A program made the position numbers and the translations under genes. DNA of 64,000 nucleotides from Terriglobia bacterium (GTDB taxonomy: Bacteria > Acidobacteriota > Terriglobia > JAJPHL01 > JAPKYU01): positions 288,001 to 352,000 of the forward strand of contig CBDCVK010000002.1 of assembly GCA_965223005.1 (NCBI GenBank), given 5' to 3'. The notes under the pieces are model-generated. The model was not told where the DNA came from and ran no database searches. It saw only the letters and a list, made by a program, of their open reading frames with translations. This document shows, one piece after another, positions 17,619 to 30,827 of this stretch (its first letter is position 1; each line of letters starts with the position of its first letter).

Positions 17619-18562
17619 CGGACCATGTATTCGTGGTTGGCCTTGCGGGGAGCGCCCTGCATCAGAGCCAGCGCCTCGGACAGAGCAGGAATGCCGCCGC
17701 GAGCTCCAAATTTGGTGCAACTCAACGACGCCACGGCGCAAGAAAAATCCAACGCCTGCTCCAGCGGCCAACCTTCCAGCAGGGCGTAGCAGAAGGCGCC
17801 GTGAAAGACGTCGCCGGCCCCGGTGGTATCCACGGGGTCCACTTCATAGGCGGGGCGATAGAGGTAGCCGGACTCGGACAAGGCCAGCACGCCGTCGGCG
17901 CCCAGCGTCATGGCCGCCACCTGCAGCTGAAACTCCACGCGCAAGATTTCCAGGGCCTTAAAGGGGTCGTGCTCCCCGGTGTAACGCTTGGGAAAGATGG
18001 CGGAACATATGAAATAGTCCACGTACTGGAGCAGCCGGTCTGCATCGTCGCGCAGGGTGTCCATGTCGCAGGTGACCGGGATGCCGGCCTGTTGCGCCCA
18101 GGACGCGACCAGCGACGTGGAGCCGACATCATGGCCGTCCACGTGCAGCATGCGTCCCGCGCAGACCTGCTCGCGCGACAGCTTTTCCGGCTGCAAGACC
18201 AGCCGCGGGTGCCGGTACCACAGCACGGTGCGCTCGCCCGTGCGTTGGTCAATCAGGATGTAGGCACTCTGGTTAGGGCAGCCCGATATCTCCTGCACGT
18301 CGCTGATGTCTACCTCGGTGCATCGAAGGCTTTCGATCTGGAACCTCGCTCGCTCGTCATCCCCCACAACCCCGATGTACTTGCAGCGCTTGCCGAGCTT
18401 CTGGCAGGCGATCACGGCCGTCGCTACGTTCCCTCCGGCTTCCGTCCGCTCTTCTAAATAGGCCATCTTGGTGTTGTATTCCGGGTAGTGAGGAACGATG
18501 ATGACGGTGTCGGTGGCATTGGCACCCATGCCAACCAGATCAAAGTGGGAGTTGGGCTTCAT
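17615..18562 (-). CDS. PfkB family carbohydrate kinase
   Basis: GGNVATA, DTTGAGDVFHG. Confidence 0.92.
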   Translation of the reverse strand: MKPNSHFDLVGMGANATDTVIIVPHYPEYNTKMAYLEERTEAGGNVATAVIACQKLGKRCKYIGVVGDDERARFQIESLRCTEVDISDVQEISGCPNQSAYILIDQRTGERTVLWYRHPRLVLQPEKLSREQVCAGRMLHVDGHDVGSTSLVASWAQQAGIPVTCDMDTLRDDADRLLQYVDYFICSAIFPKRYTGEHDPFKALEILRVEFQLQVAAMTLGADGVLALSESGYLYRPAYEVDPVDTTGAGDVFHGAFCYALLEGWPLEQALDFSCAVASLSCTKFGARGGIPALSEALALMQGAPRKANHEYMVR

Positions 18563-18762
18563 CTTCTCCTGTGCGAGCGATGATTGTATCACGCGGGTTG
18601 CGGCGCCAACAGCCGAGCGCAGGCCAGGGGTACCAGCTTGAGTTCGCGCGGCATCTCGGACCTGTTCGCCGCCGCGGGTTGCGTTTGCCGGAAGCCATGT
18701 GGTAGCTTCGGCTGTTGGCGACGCGCTGTGCGGGCGGCGGTCGAAGAAGCGCCACAGGCGCC

Positions 18763-19518
18763 ATGCCGGCCAGGGAAACCGAAGCGATTATTCTGCGGAC
18801 CTATCCCCTGAAGGAGGCTGACAAGATCGTCAGCTTTTTTTCCCGCACTTACGGCAAGACTCGGGGGGTGGCGCCCCGGTCACGGCGGCTTCGCAGCCGC
18901 TTCGGGACGGGGCTGGAGCCGCTGTCGCACGTCCGCCTCTGGTACTTCGAGCGAGAGACGAGCGAGCTAGTCAACATTGACTCCTGCGAGCTGATCCGCT
19001 CCTACTTCGAGATCCAGAAGGACTACGCCGCCGCGGTGGCCTGCGGCTACCTGGCAGAAGTTTGCGAGCAACTGCTGCCGGAGCGTGAGCCCAACGATGC
19101 GCTGTTTCGCTTGCTGCTGGTGGCGCTGGAAAGTCTGCGGCTCACGGGACATATCTGGCCGGCGTTAACCTACTACGACCTGTGGGTGGTGCGGCTGGCC
19201 GGGCTGCTGCCCTCCCTGGAACGCTGCACCGGTTGCGGGGCGGAACTGGAACCTGGCGCGGCAGCCTTTTTCCAGGCTTACTCGATGGGCTTGCATTGCG
19301 CGGCCTGCCGGCCCGGCGGGGCGCAAGAACTGGCCCCGGCCTCGCGTGCGCTGGCCAGGAAAATGTTGCGGGTGTCGCTGGACCGACTGGGCCCCAGCGA
19401 CTGGCACAAGGGGGTGGCTGCCGACTTGCGTCGCTTCCTCGAGCAGCGCATCGAAGCTCACGTCGAGCGCAGACTCGTGACCCGCGCCGCACTCGAGAGA
19501 TTTGACGATTCTGATTGA
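18763..19518 (+). CDS. recO: DNA repair protein RecO
   Basis: EAIILRTYPLKEADKIV OB fold; CxxC...CxxC zinc site; upstream of glyQS. Confidence 0.92.
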   Translation: MPARETEAIILRTYPLKEADKIVSFFSRTYGKTRGVAPRSRRLRSRFGTGLEPLSHVRLWYFERETSELVNIDSCELIRSYFEIQKDYAAAVACGYLAEVCEQLLPEREPNDALFRLLLVALESLRLTGHIWPALTYYDLWVVRLAGLLPSLERCTGCGAELEPGAAAFFQAYSMGLHCAACRPGGAQELAPASRALARKMLRVSLDRLGPSDWHKGVAADLRRFLEQRIEAHVERRLVTRAALERFDDSD

Positions 19519-19611
19519 ATCATTGACGATCGATCCATTGGCCGATTGGTTCCGAGCCGTTCAGTCGGCAATGAATCAACCTTCAATGGGACAATCATCA
19601 CTCAACCAATG
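19506..19611. repeat. 8-mer periodic inverted repeat between recO and glyQ
   Basis: ATTG-phased units followed by CAAT-phased units. Confidence 0.45.
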
Positions 19612-20586
19612 AGCTTGAGTTTCCAGGACCTGATTTTTCAGCTCCAAAAATTCTGGGCCGATCAAGGGTGCGTCATCCAGACGCCTTACGACGTGGAGGT
19701 CGGCGCTGGCACGATGTGCCCGGAGACATTCCTGCGGGTGCTGGGTCCGGAGCCCTACCGGGTGGCCTACGTGCAGCCGAGCCGGCGGCCTGCCGACGGA
19801 CGCTACGGCGACAACCCCAACCGCCTCTACAAGCACTTGCAGCTTCAGGTGGTCCTGAAGCCAACTCCGCCCGACGTCCAGGACCTGTACCTGAAGAGCC
19901 TGCAGCGCATCGGCATTCACCTGCGGCATCACGACATCAAGTTCGAAGAGGACAACTGGGAGGCGCCCACCCTGGGGGCCTGGGGCATTGGCTGGCAGGT
20001 GATGCTGGACGGTTTGGAAATCACCCAGTTCACCTACTTCCAGCAATGCGGCGGCTTCGACCTTGACCCGGTGCCGGTGGAGCTGACCTACGGGCTGGAG
20101 CGCATCGCCGCCTTCCTGCAGGACGTAGACAGCGTCTACGACATCGCCTGGAACGCGCCGGCCCGCGGTGGGCAGGTCTACACCTATCGCGACGTGCGCC
20201 ACGCCGAAGAACTGCAGTTCTCGGTGTACAACTTCGAGAAGGCCGACATCGGCTCGCTCTGGCAGGCGTTCGAACTGCACGAGAACGAATGCCACCGTCT
20301 GCTGCGCGAACATGAGGGCGCGCGAGACCCGGCCGAGAAGCACCGCTTCCCCGTGCTGGCCGCCTACGACCTGGTGCTGAAGTGCTCGCACCTGTTCAAC
20401 CTGCTGGACTCGCGCGGGGCCATCAGCGTGACCGAGCGGGTGGCGGTCATCGGCCGCGTGCGCGAGCTGGCGGTTGGGGTAGCCCGGGCCTGGGTGGGGC
20501 AGCATGCAACCGAGCCACTGGTCCAGCAGCGGGATGCTGCCGACAGCGCAGGGATTCCCAAGGAGGCCGGGACCGTTGCCGACTAA
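19609..20586 (+). CDS. glyQ: Glycine-tRNA ligase alpha subunit
   Basis: [38 protein letters not shown]. Confidence 0.97.
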   Translation: MSLSFQDLIFQLQKFWADQGCVIQTPYDVEVGAGTMCPETFLRVLGPEPYRVAYVQPSRRPADGRYGDNPNRLYKHLQLQVVLKPTPPDVQDLYLKSLQRIGIHLRHHDIKFEEDNWEAPTLGAWGIGWQVMLDGLEITQFTYFQQCGGFDLDPVPVELTYGLERIAAFLQDVDSVYDIAWNAPARGGQVYTYRDVRHAEELQFSVYNFEKADIGSLWQAFELHENECHRLLREHEGARDPAEKHRFPVLAAYDLVLKCSHLFNLLDSRGAISVTERVAVIGRVRELAVGVARAWVGQHATEPLVQQRDAADSAGIPKEAGTVAD

Positions 20587-22657
20587 CGAATTCCTCCTGG
20601 AGATCGGCACCGAAGAAATACCAGCCTGGATGATTGAGGGTGCTCTTCTCGACCTGCGCAACTGGCTCAGGGCCCTTTTCTCAACCAATCTCCCTTTCAA
20701 TAAGTCGCTGGCAATTGACACCTACGGCACTCCTCGTCGCCTTGTGGCTCATGTGTCGGACCTTCCACCTCAACAGCCTGATGCCGAGGAGCTTCTAATA
20801 GGGCCTCCAAAAAGCGCCCCGGACCAAGCTGTCGAGGGCTTTGCGCGCAAGCACGCTGTGCCACGCAAGAAGCTGCGACTTGAGAGCCAACCGAAGGGTG
20901 AGTACTGGGTGCTTCGCAAGAGAAAAAAGGGAGAGAAAACCACGGACATCCTCGCAAGACAGCTGCCGCACGGCATTCTCAGCATTCGCTTTGCTAAGGC
21001 GATGTACTGGAGACCAGAGAGGGAACGTTTTGTGCGGCCCATCCGCTGGCTGATGGCGCTCTACGAGGGCCGTGTGGTGCCGTTCTCGATCGTCGGGGTG
21101 CCCAGCAGCCGCTACACGTTCGGCCATCGAGCGACAGGGAAGGGCAGGCTGAAAGTAACCGACTTTGAACAATACGCGCGCGTGCTCCGAGAGAACGGTG
21201 TGCTTCTGAAGCCGTCCGAGCGCCGCGCAAAAATCCTGGCTGAGGCCAATGTCTTACTGCAGCGCGAGAGTGACGGCTTGCGGTTCCGCGACAATCCGGA
21301 GCTGTTGGATACACTGGTGTACCTGACCGAATTTCCCACGGCAGCGATAGGCCAATTTGACGCCGCTTACTTGGAGTTGCCGGAGGAGGTGCTGGTGACG
21401 GTGATGCAGCACCACCAGAAGTACCTATCAGTCTCGGATGCTAAAGGGCGGCTCGCGCCGCGGTTCATCTTCGTGATGAACCTGTTCGTGATAAACCAGG
21501 ACGGCGACCCGAAGGGCCACATTCGGCACGGCAATGAGCGCGTGCTGCGCGCTCGCTTCAATGACGCGCGATTCTTCTGGGAAACGGACCAGAAGATTCC
21601 GATGCGTGACCGTCTGGCGCTGCTGGAACACGTCACCTTTCAGTCGCAATTGGGCAACTACCGGCAGAAGACGGAACGCAACATGGCGCTCGTGAAGAGG
21701 TTGTCGGACTCCGTGCCGCGGGCGTCCGTGGAAGCTGCAGTCCGAGCTGCCGAGCTGGCTAAATGCGACCTCACCACGGAGCTGGTGAAAGAGTTCACTG
21801 AGTTGCAGGGGTTGGTTGGCGGTCTCTACGCGCGAGCGCAGGGCGAGCCGGGCGAAGTCGCCGACGCGATCTACGACCACTACAAGCCGGAGAGCATGGA
21901 GGACCGCTCGCCCCGCACACCAGCCGGGGCGCTGGTGGCTCTGGCCGATAAGCTAGACACATTGGCCGGTTGCTTTTCCGTTGGCCTGAAGCCCAGCGGT
22001 TCCAGTGACCCCTTGGCGCTGCGGCGGTTGGCTCAGGGAGTGGTCAAGATTCTGGCCGACCACGGACTGCGCGCCCGGCTGGAGGATTTAATTGCCGCTG
22101 CGCAACCCACTCCGGAAGCCGCTCGTGACTTGCGCGACTTCTTTCTGGATCGGCTCCGCTACTACCTGCGCGAGGTGCGCAGTTTCCGCTACGACGAGGT
22201 GAATGCGGTTCTCGCTGGCTCCTCCGGTGATGTGCCGGATGCGGTTGCGCGGTGCCAAGCGGTTGCGCGCGTGCGGCCGACGGAAAACTTTGAGCCGCTC
22301 TCGGCGGCCTTCAAGCGCATCCGGAACATCCTGACGAAAGCTGGCGGTGCTGGTCAGTTTGCCGGCGAGCCAGACTCGTCGCTGCTGGAAGCGGGCGCCG
22401 AGGCCGATCTCTACGCTGAAGCTCGGCGTACTATTGAGGAAACCAAAGACAGCCTGGATTACGAAGCCGTGCTGCGGCGCATCGCAGGGTTGCGGCCCCA
22501 GGTGGATGCTTACTTTGACCAAGTTCTGGTGATGGCCAACGACGAGCGTGTTCGCCAGAATCGCCTGACCCTGCTGGCCTGGCTGTTGCGCGCCTTCACC
22601 CGGGTGGCCGATTTTTCTGAAATCGTCGTAAGCAAAGAACAAACTTCGACCGTTTAG
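20576..22657 (+). CDS. glyS: Glycine-tRNA ligase beta subunit
   Basis: [35 protein letters not shown]; TTG start with AAGGAGG SD. Confidence 0.95.
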   Translation: MPTNEFLLEIGTEEIPAWMIEGALLDLRNWLRALFSTNLPFNKSLAIDTYGTPRRLVAHVSDLPPQQPDAEELLIGPPKSAPDQAVEGFARKHAVPRKKLRLESQPKGEYWVLRKRKKGEKTTDILARQLPHGILSIRFAKAMYWRPERERFVRPIRWLMALYEGRVVPFSIVGVPSSRYTFGHRATGKGRLKVTDFEQYARVLRENGVLLKPSERRAKILAEANVLLQRESDGLRFRDNPELLDTLVYLTEFPTAAIGQFDAAYLELPEEVLVTVMQHHQKYLSVSDAKGRLAPRFIFVMNLFVINQDGDPKGHIRHGNERVLRARFNDARFFWETDQKIPMRDRLALLEHVTFQSQLGNYRQKTERNMALVKRLSDSVPRASVEAAVRAAELAKCDLTTELVKEFTELQGLVGGLYARAQGEPGEVADAIYDHYKPESMEDRSPRTPAGALVALADKLDTLAGCFSVGLKPSGSSDPLALRRLAQGVVKILADHGLRARLEDLIAAAQPTPEAARDLRDFFLDRLRYYLREVRSFRYDEVNAVLAGSSGDVPDAVARCQAVARVRPTENFEPLSAAFKRIRNILTKAGGAGQFAGEPDSSLLEAGAEADLYAEARRTIEETKDSLDYEAVLRRIAGLRPQVDAYFDQVLVMANDERVRQNRLTLLAWLLRAFTRVADFSEIVVSKEQTSTV

Positions 22658-22668
22658 GGAGTAGGGCA

Positions 22669-25377
<2,709 letters not shown>

Positions 25378-25487
25378 CGACAGGCAAACCGCTCTACGCC
25401 TCTCCTTTTGATTTCTATACGACTCTCCGAATTCGTCTGGCGCCTGATTGGGCCTGTGTATCTTTAAGCTTGTCACCAGCGAGCTTG

Positions 25488-28115
25488 TCACAAGCGGAAT
25501 TGCGGGGAAAAGGTTGGGGAATCGAGGTAGCGGAGGGCGTTGTGGAGCAACTGTGTGGAGAACGGATCGCGGCCGTAATTGCGGGTGAGCTGGAAAGTGG
25601 AAATCAACACCGCTCCCTGGCCCAGGCGCGCCTGGACCACGTAAGCCGCAGGCAAGTGGATCCACCCGACAAACATGCCCGCCAACACGTCCCGGGCGGC
25701 TGAAGTGGGAACATCCACCAGGACCAGTTCGGGCGTGGCCTGAGCTGCTTCCCAACCCAGCAGCCCGTTGCCGGGCGTTCCGGCAAACAGGGGCGAGTAC
25801 TTGCGGTACCAGTTGAAGTTGGTGATCCTGCTGCCCTCGCGCGGAGTACCGCGCCGCCGCTCAAGTTTCACCGCAGGCAGCGCTGGCAATGCCTCGGGGT
25901 GCTCGGCCAGCACCACCGCCTTGCCGCCGGCGGCCACGTACTGCCGCATTTGAGCATCGAACACCGTGGCCACCACCACTCGGCCCGGAGGCGCCTCGGC
26001 CAGGGTTTTCGCGCCCGGCAGCACTAGGTGTTTGGCGGGGTCGTGGACGTATACTTCCCTCGGCTCCACGGGCGCAGGGTAGGCAAATAGCTCCAGAGAA
26101 TTGCGGACCCGAGTTCCGGCATTCAACTTCACCAAGAACCTGCCCGGCGTGTGGATTTGCGGGATCTTGACGGCGATTTCGCCTACCGGCTTCACTTCCC
26201 CCCGTGCGATCTCGGGTAGCGGGAGGGAACCGCCCTGCTCGGTGCCTTCCAGCTCCCAAATGAGCACGGTGCCAGCGGTTGGTGACGCCGAGTAGTGCGA
26301 GAAGCTCACGGGGATCCGGATTTCGTCGCCCGCGAAAACATTGCGCGGGGCGATGCCGGGCAGGATGAGGTCGTCGGCCTGCAAGTCGGCCGAGACGGCG
26401 CCGAACACCTTCGGATTGCGGTCCATGTCCAGCAGGCCATTCGCTTCCCAATTCACGTCGGTGAACTGGGAGATCACATAGCCTTGGATGGCCGGCTCGG
26501 CGCGAATGACCTCGATTTGATGTTTGAGGGAACCCCATTGGTGCAATTGCGTGGCTTCTACCAGTGTTGCGTAATCCCTGAAGACCGCGTCAAGCTTCCA
26601 CTGGCGGAAGCGGTCCTCGACGCCAGCCGGGACCGTGATGGCTTGCTGAGAGCCAGGCCGGCCGCGCGAAAACCACCAGGGCGGCTTGTCCGGCAGCCGC
26701 GGCAACCCCCAGCTGCCGAATTCGGAAACCACCAGAGGCGCGTCGTCCCCTCCGCCATCGGAAGATGCACCGCGCGCGTCCGCGTGCACACTGTACAGCC
26801 ACTTGGGACGACTCCCGTACTGCTTCACCCAGGCCCCGAACATGGCGGCTTGGTCGGGGATGGAATTGTACCGGTGAAAATCGGCAATGTCGGTGTCCAG
26901 GTGAAAGTTGGAGCAGCAGGGGCTGTTGTCCACCACCAGCATCGGGGCGGCCAGCTTGCGGGCGCGCCCGACGAAGCTATCCAGGAAGGCGCGCTGGTCG
27001 GCGCGCCCCAGGTCAATCCCCCAGCTCTCGTTGAACAGGCTGACGATGACCAAGCTGGGGTGGTTGGCATCACGCTCCAGCATCCCGCGCAACGTCTCCT
27101 CGGCCCGCGTGCGCGAGTCCTCGGTGAGTCGATCGAAGTTGGGGATCTCATACCAGACCAACAGCCCGGCTTCGTCGGCTGCTTCGAGGTAGCGCGGATC
27201 GGGCACCTTGAGCTGACAGCGCAGCAGGTTCAAGCCGAGTTGGCGCGCTTTGCGGAACTGCTTTAGCAGGAACTCCTTGGACGGTGGGGTATAGATGCCT
27301 TCGGGGTAAAACCCCTGGTCCACCGCGCCCCTGATGTAGAACGGCTTGCCGTTCAGATAAAATTTCCCTTTGCGTTTTTCAAAGGTACGGAAGCCGAAGC
27401 GAGTCTCCACGTTGTCGCGTCCCCGGCGGACGCGGGCTGTGTACAGCTCAGGAGAAGCCGGCGACCAAAGCCGTGGTTTTTTCAGCTTCCCTTCCAGGTC
27501 GCCGCGGTGCACGACCCGGCCCCCGGGATCGCGGATCTCCAGGCGCGCTTTGCCTGCGGGCCGGACCTCCGCCCGGAAGGACCCGTCGGCACCAGCCGTG
27601 ATCCGGAACGACTCAATTCGGTCGCGAGGGCGCAGCTCCCAGGTCACGCTCTGCCACAAGCCGCTGACCTGCAGGTACCAGTTCTGCTTGCCGTGCGGAA
27701 TCTCGGGCTGCGAGCCAGGATCCTCCACGCGCACCAGAATCTCGTTCTCGCCGGGCTGGAGCAGATGCCCGATATCGAGGCTGAAAGGCAGGTAGCCGCC
27801 CTCGTGCCGGCCAGCCTCCCGGCCGTTGACCAGCACCACGGCCCTGTAGTCCACCGCTCCAAACTTCAGCAGCACCGTCCGCCCGCGGGTGGAACCGGGA
27901 GCGACAAAGCGCTTGCGGTACCAGGCCACGCCGGAGAAGTCCCGCAGGTCCTCGAACTGGGCCTGGATGGGCAGCGGTACCTTGGCAGTGCGCCAGGCGC
28001 CTACGTTGGTGCGGAACTCCCATTCCCCGTCCAGCGAGCGGCTGCGCACCGCCGACAGTCCTGCCGCCGAGGCGCACAGCACACACAACAGGGCGGTGAT
28101 GGCGATGCGCTTCAT
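25488..28115 (-). CDS. Glycoside hydrolase family 2, secreted
   Basis: FGAVDY, HEGGYLPF, NHPS..NESWG, SEFG; signal peptide. Confidence 0.88.
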   Translation of the reverse strand: MKRIAITALLCVLCASAAGLSAVRSRSLDGEWEFRTNVGAWRTAKVPLPIQAQFEDLRDFSGVAWYRKRFVAPGSTRGRTVLLKFGAVDYRAVVLVNGREAGRHEGGYLPFSLDIGHLLQPGENEILVRVEDPGSQPEIPHGKQNWYLQVSGLWQSVTWELRPRDRIESFRITAGADGSFRAEVRPAGKARLEIRDPGGRVVHRGDLEGKLKKPRLWSPASPELYTARVRRGRDNVETRFGFRTFEKRKGKFYLNGKPFYIRGAVDQGFYPEGIYTPPSKEFLLKQFRKARQLGLNLLRCQLKVPDPRYLEAADEAGLLVWYEIPNFDRLTEDSRTRAEETLRGMLERDANHPSLVIVSLFNESWGIDLGRADQRAFLDSFVGRARKLAAPMLVVDNSPCCSNFHLDTDIADFHRYNSIPDQAAMFGAWVKQYGSRPKWLYSVHADARGASSDGGGDDAPLVVSEFGSWGLPRLPDKPPWWFSRGRPGSQQAITVPAGVEDRFRQWKLDAVFRDYATLVEATQLHQWGSLKHQIEVIRAEPAIQGYVISQFTDVNWEANGLLDMDRNPKVFGAVSADLQADDLILPGIAPRNVFAGDEIRIPVSFSHYSASPTAGTVLIWELEGTEQGGSLPLPEIARGEVKPVGEIAVKIPQIHTPGRFLVKLNAGTRVRNSLELFAYPAPVEPREVYVHDPAKHLVLPGAKTLAEAPPGRVVVATVFDAQMRQYVAAGGKAVVLAEHPEALPALPAVKLERRRGTPREGSRITNFNWYRKYSPLFAGTPGNGLLGWEAAQATPELVLVDVPTSAARDVLAGMFVGWIHLPAAYVVQARLGQGAVLISTFQLTRNYGRDPFSTQLLHNALRYLDSPTFSPQFRL

Positions 28116-28271
28116 GAAAGGTAGGGAATGATCTGGGGGCTCTTCAAAATCAGGTTTGCGTGCTTCTGGGCGCCTAACCCAACCCTGGCCAGATCGGCTT
28201 TCGCTGAACGGGTTGCGATCTTGGACATTTCTTTTCGGACAAAGATTGTAGCTGAGGCTGGCGTCTGATTC

Positions 28272-28838
28272 CTAGCGACGGCCAGGCAGGAGACTATACT
28301 TTTCCAGCACGACGTTCCACTTGCCCTGGGCGCGCAACAGCAGCTCCACAACTTCCCGCACGGCGCCCCGGCCGCCTTCGGCGCGCGTGATGTAGCGGGC
28401 GCACCGTTTGATCTCCGGGCGCGCATTGGCGACGGCCACCGGCAACCCCACACGCAGCAGGATGGGGGCATCGGTCAGGTCGTCACCGATGAAGCAGACG
28501 TTCTCTTCCGCTACGCCGCAATCTTGGAGGATTTCGCGAAAGGGACCGAGTTTGCTCAGGCAGTCCTGATAGAGGTAGGCGACCTGAAGGTTGCGCGCCC
28601 GCTCGCAGACTCCAGGCGACTGCCGGCCGCTGATCCAGCCGATCCGGACGCCGGCGAGTTCCTGGACCCAGCGCATCGCTATCCCATCCTGGCTGTCGAA
28701 CGCTTTGCTTTCCACCGCGCCGCCGCGCCCGTCCGGGACGTAGTACAGAAGGCCATCGGTCAACACACCATCCACGTCCATCAGCAGCAGGCGGATTCGT
28801 TTGGCCCGCTTCTTCAGCTCAGCAGAGGTTTTTCTCAT
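28272..28838 (-). CDS. kdsC: KDO 8-phosphate phosphatase (HAD)
   Basis: MDVDGVLTDG, FDSQDG, GDDLTD, GGRGAVRE. Confidence 0.9.
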   Translation of the reverse strand: MRKTSAELKKRAKRIRLLLMDVDGVLTDGLLYYVPDGRGGAVESKAFDSQDGIAMRWVQELAGVRIGWISGRQSPGVCERARNLQVAYLYQDCLSKLGPFREILQDCGVAEENVCFIGDDLTDAPILLRVGLPVAVANARPEIKRCARYITRAEGGRGAVREVVELLLRAQGKWNVVLEKYSLLPGRR

Positions 28839-29566
28839 AGTTGCTGGGGTTGTTGTTGTAGAACGGCAGCCGCGGCTCTGTCCACCAGCCATACCACCTG
28901 GCCTGACGCGGGCCGCACCAGCGCCGCCGGTAGTTGCGAATCCAGAGGGCCTTCCAGTGCCGCTGCCAACACCGGCGCCTTGGCCGCCCCGGTCACCAGG
29001 AATAAGACCTCACGGGCGGCATTCAGCGCAGCTAGTGTGAGGCTGATTCGCTCGATGCTCCCCTTCGCGGTGGTGACCACCAGGCGCTTCTGTTCCCGCA
29101 GCGCGGGGGAACCTGGGAACAGCGAGACCGTATGGCCATCCGCACCCATTCCCAGCAGGGCCACATGGAAGCGGAGAGGACCTGCGAAGAACTCCCGCAG
29201 CTCGCGCTCATAGCTGGCGGCCGCTTCCTCCGGGGGCAGCTCAGTCCGAATCCGATGAATGTGATCCTCAGGAATTACGATCCGGGACAACAACGTCTCA
29301 GCCACCATCCGGTAATTGCTCTTTGGGTCCGACAGCGGAACCGCGCGCTCATCTCCCCAGAACAGGTGTGTGCGGCCCCAGTCCAGGCGATCGCGATACT
29401 CGGTCGAGCCTAACAGTGCGTACAGTCGCCGGGGCGTCTGACCACCCGACAGCAGCAGAGTGAAGCGCCCCTCGTCTGCCACGGCCTCCTGTCCAACCCG
29501 TAGGATCCGCTCGGCCGCCTCACGGCACAGGCCATCGGAATCGGCGAAGATGCGCAGCTCACTCAA
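28835..29566 (-). CDS. pgl: 6-phosphogluconolactonase
   Basis: LSGGQTP, FWGDER, LLGMGADGHTVSLFP. Confidence 0.93.
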   Translation of the reverse strand: MSELRIFADSDGLCREAAERILRVGQEAVADEGRFTLLLSGGQTPRRLYALLGSTEYRDRLDWGRTHLFWGDERAVPLSDPKSNYRMVAETLLSRIVIPEDHIHRIRTELPPEEAAASYERELREFFAGPLRFHVALLGMGADGHTVSLFPGSPALREQKRLVVTTAKGSIERISLTLAALNAAREVLFLVTGAAKAPVLAAALEGPLDSQLPAALVRPASGQVVWLVDRAAAAVLQQQPQQL

Positions 29567-29702
29567 TGCAGCGATTTCCCGTCCCGAAACTAGCGCCCAG
29601 CCCTACCGTTGCCAGTTCCATTCCATGTCTATCCTCGCAGGTGGCCTCGCGGTTGGTCCGTGACCACCTGCTGCCTTCGAAGCGGCCGGACATTTCGTTC
29701 CT

Positions 29703-30827
29703 CTAACGCCCAGAGGTCGCGCTGGACGCGGTGCCCAGGAGAGCCTCTCGCTTCGAGGCCAGTGACTGCGTCAACTTGTCAAAGGAGTCGGCAAACAGTT
29801 TTACGCCCTCGTCCTGAAGCTGCTGCATGACTGCGGGGACATCCACACCCGCCTGTGCCAAACGCTCGAACGTCCGACGCGCTTCGTCCGCGCCTTCCTC
29901 TAGCGTAGCTCGCGCCTTGCCATGATCGCGGAAGGCGGCGACGGAAACGTCGGGCATAGTATCCACTGTCTCGGGACCAATCAGGGCTTCAACGTACATC
30001 ACATCACTGTACTTTGGATTCTTGGTGCTGGTGGAACCCCAAAGCAGGCGCTGTGGCCGCGCGCCGCCGGCGCGCAGGGCGGCAAAGCGCGGGCCGTGGA
30101 AAATCTCCTTGTAGCTCTGGTAAAGCAGCCGGGAATTGGCGATGGCCGCCTTGCCGAGCAGCTCCTCCGGAGCACCTGTCTTCTCCAGAATCTTGTCCAC
30201 GGCCGTATCCACCCGGCTGACAAACAGGCTGGCGACGGAGGCAATCTGCCGCACATCGCGCCCTTCCCGCTCGCGCTGCTCCAGGCCGCGGATGTAGGCC
30301 GTGGCCACCTGCTCGTAAGTCTCGCCGGCAAACATCAACGTCACGTTGATGTTCAGGCCGACCGCGATCAGATGTTCAATCGCAGGGATACCGGCCGGCG
30401 TCGCCGGAACCTTAATCATCAGGTTGGGGCGCCCGACGCTGTTCCACAAGTGCACAGCTTCGGCAATGGTCGCCTGGGTATCGTGCGCCAGCTTCGGGGA
30501 GACCTCCAGGCAGACGTACCCGTCGTTACCGCTCTCCCGGTCGTAGAGGGGGCGAAACACGTCAGCGGCCGCCTGGATGTCGGCCACGGCCAGCGATTCG
30601 TAAACCTCAGGCACCTCAAGCCCGCGGCCCACCAGCTCGCGAATGGCATCGTCGTAGTCGGCGCTGCCTGCAATGGCCTTCTCAAAAATCGTGGGGTTCG
30701 AGGTCATCCCTCGCAGGCCATCCTCGTCAATCATGCGCTTCAGCTCGCCCGAAGCCAGCATTCGCCGGTTGATGTTGTCGTACCAAAAGCTGTGACCGAA
30801 CTTGTGTAGTTCTACCAGCGGATTCAT
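29703..30827 (-). CDS. tal: Transaldolase
   Basis: GMTSNPTIF, IKVPAT, NVTLMF, SLFVSRVD. Confidence 0.95.
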   Translation of the reverse strand: MNPLVELHKFGHSFWYDNINRRMLASGELKRMIDEDGLRGMTSNPTIFEKAIAGSADYDDAIRELVGRGLEVPEVYESLAVADIQAAADVFRPLYDRESGNDGYVCLEVSPKLAHDTQATIAEAVHLWNSVGRPNLMIKVPATPAGIPAIEHLIAVGLNINVTLMFAGETYEQVATAYIRGLEQREREGRDVRQIASVASLFVSRVDTAVDKILEKTGAPEELLGKAAIANSRLLYQSYKEIFHGPRFAALRAGGARPQRLLWGSTSTKNPKYSDVMYVEALIGPETVDTMPDVSVAAFRDHGKARATLEEGADEARRTFERLAQAGVDVPAVMQQLQDEGVKLFADSFDKLTQSLASKREALLGTASSATSGR

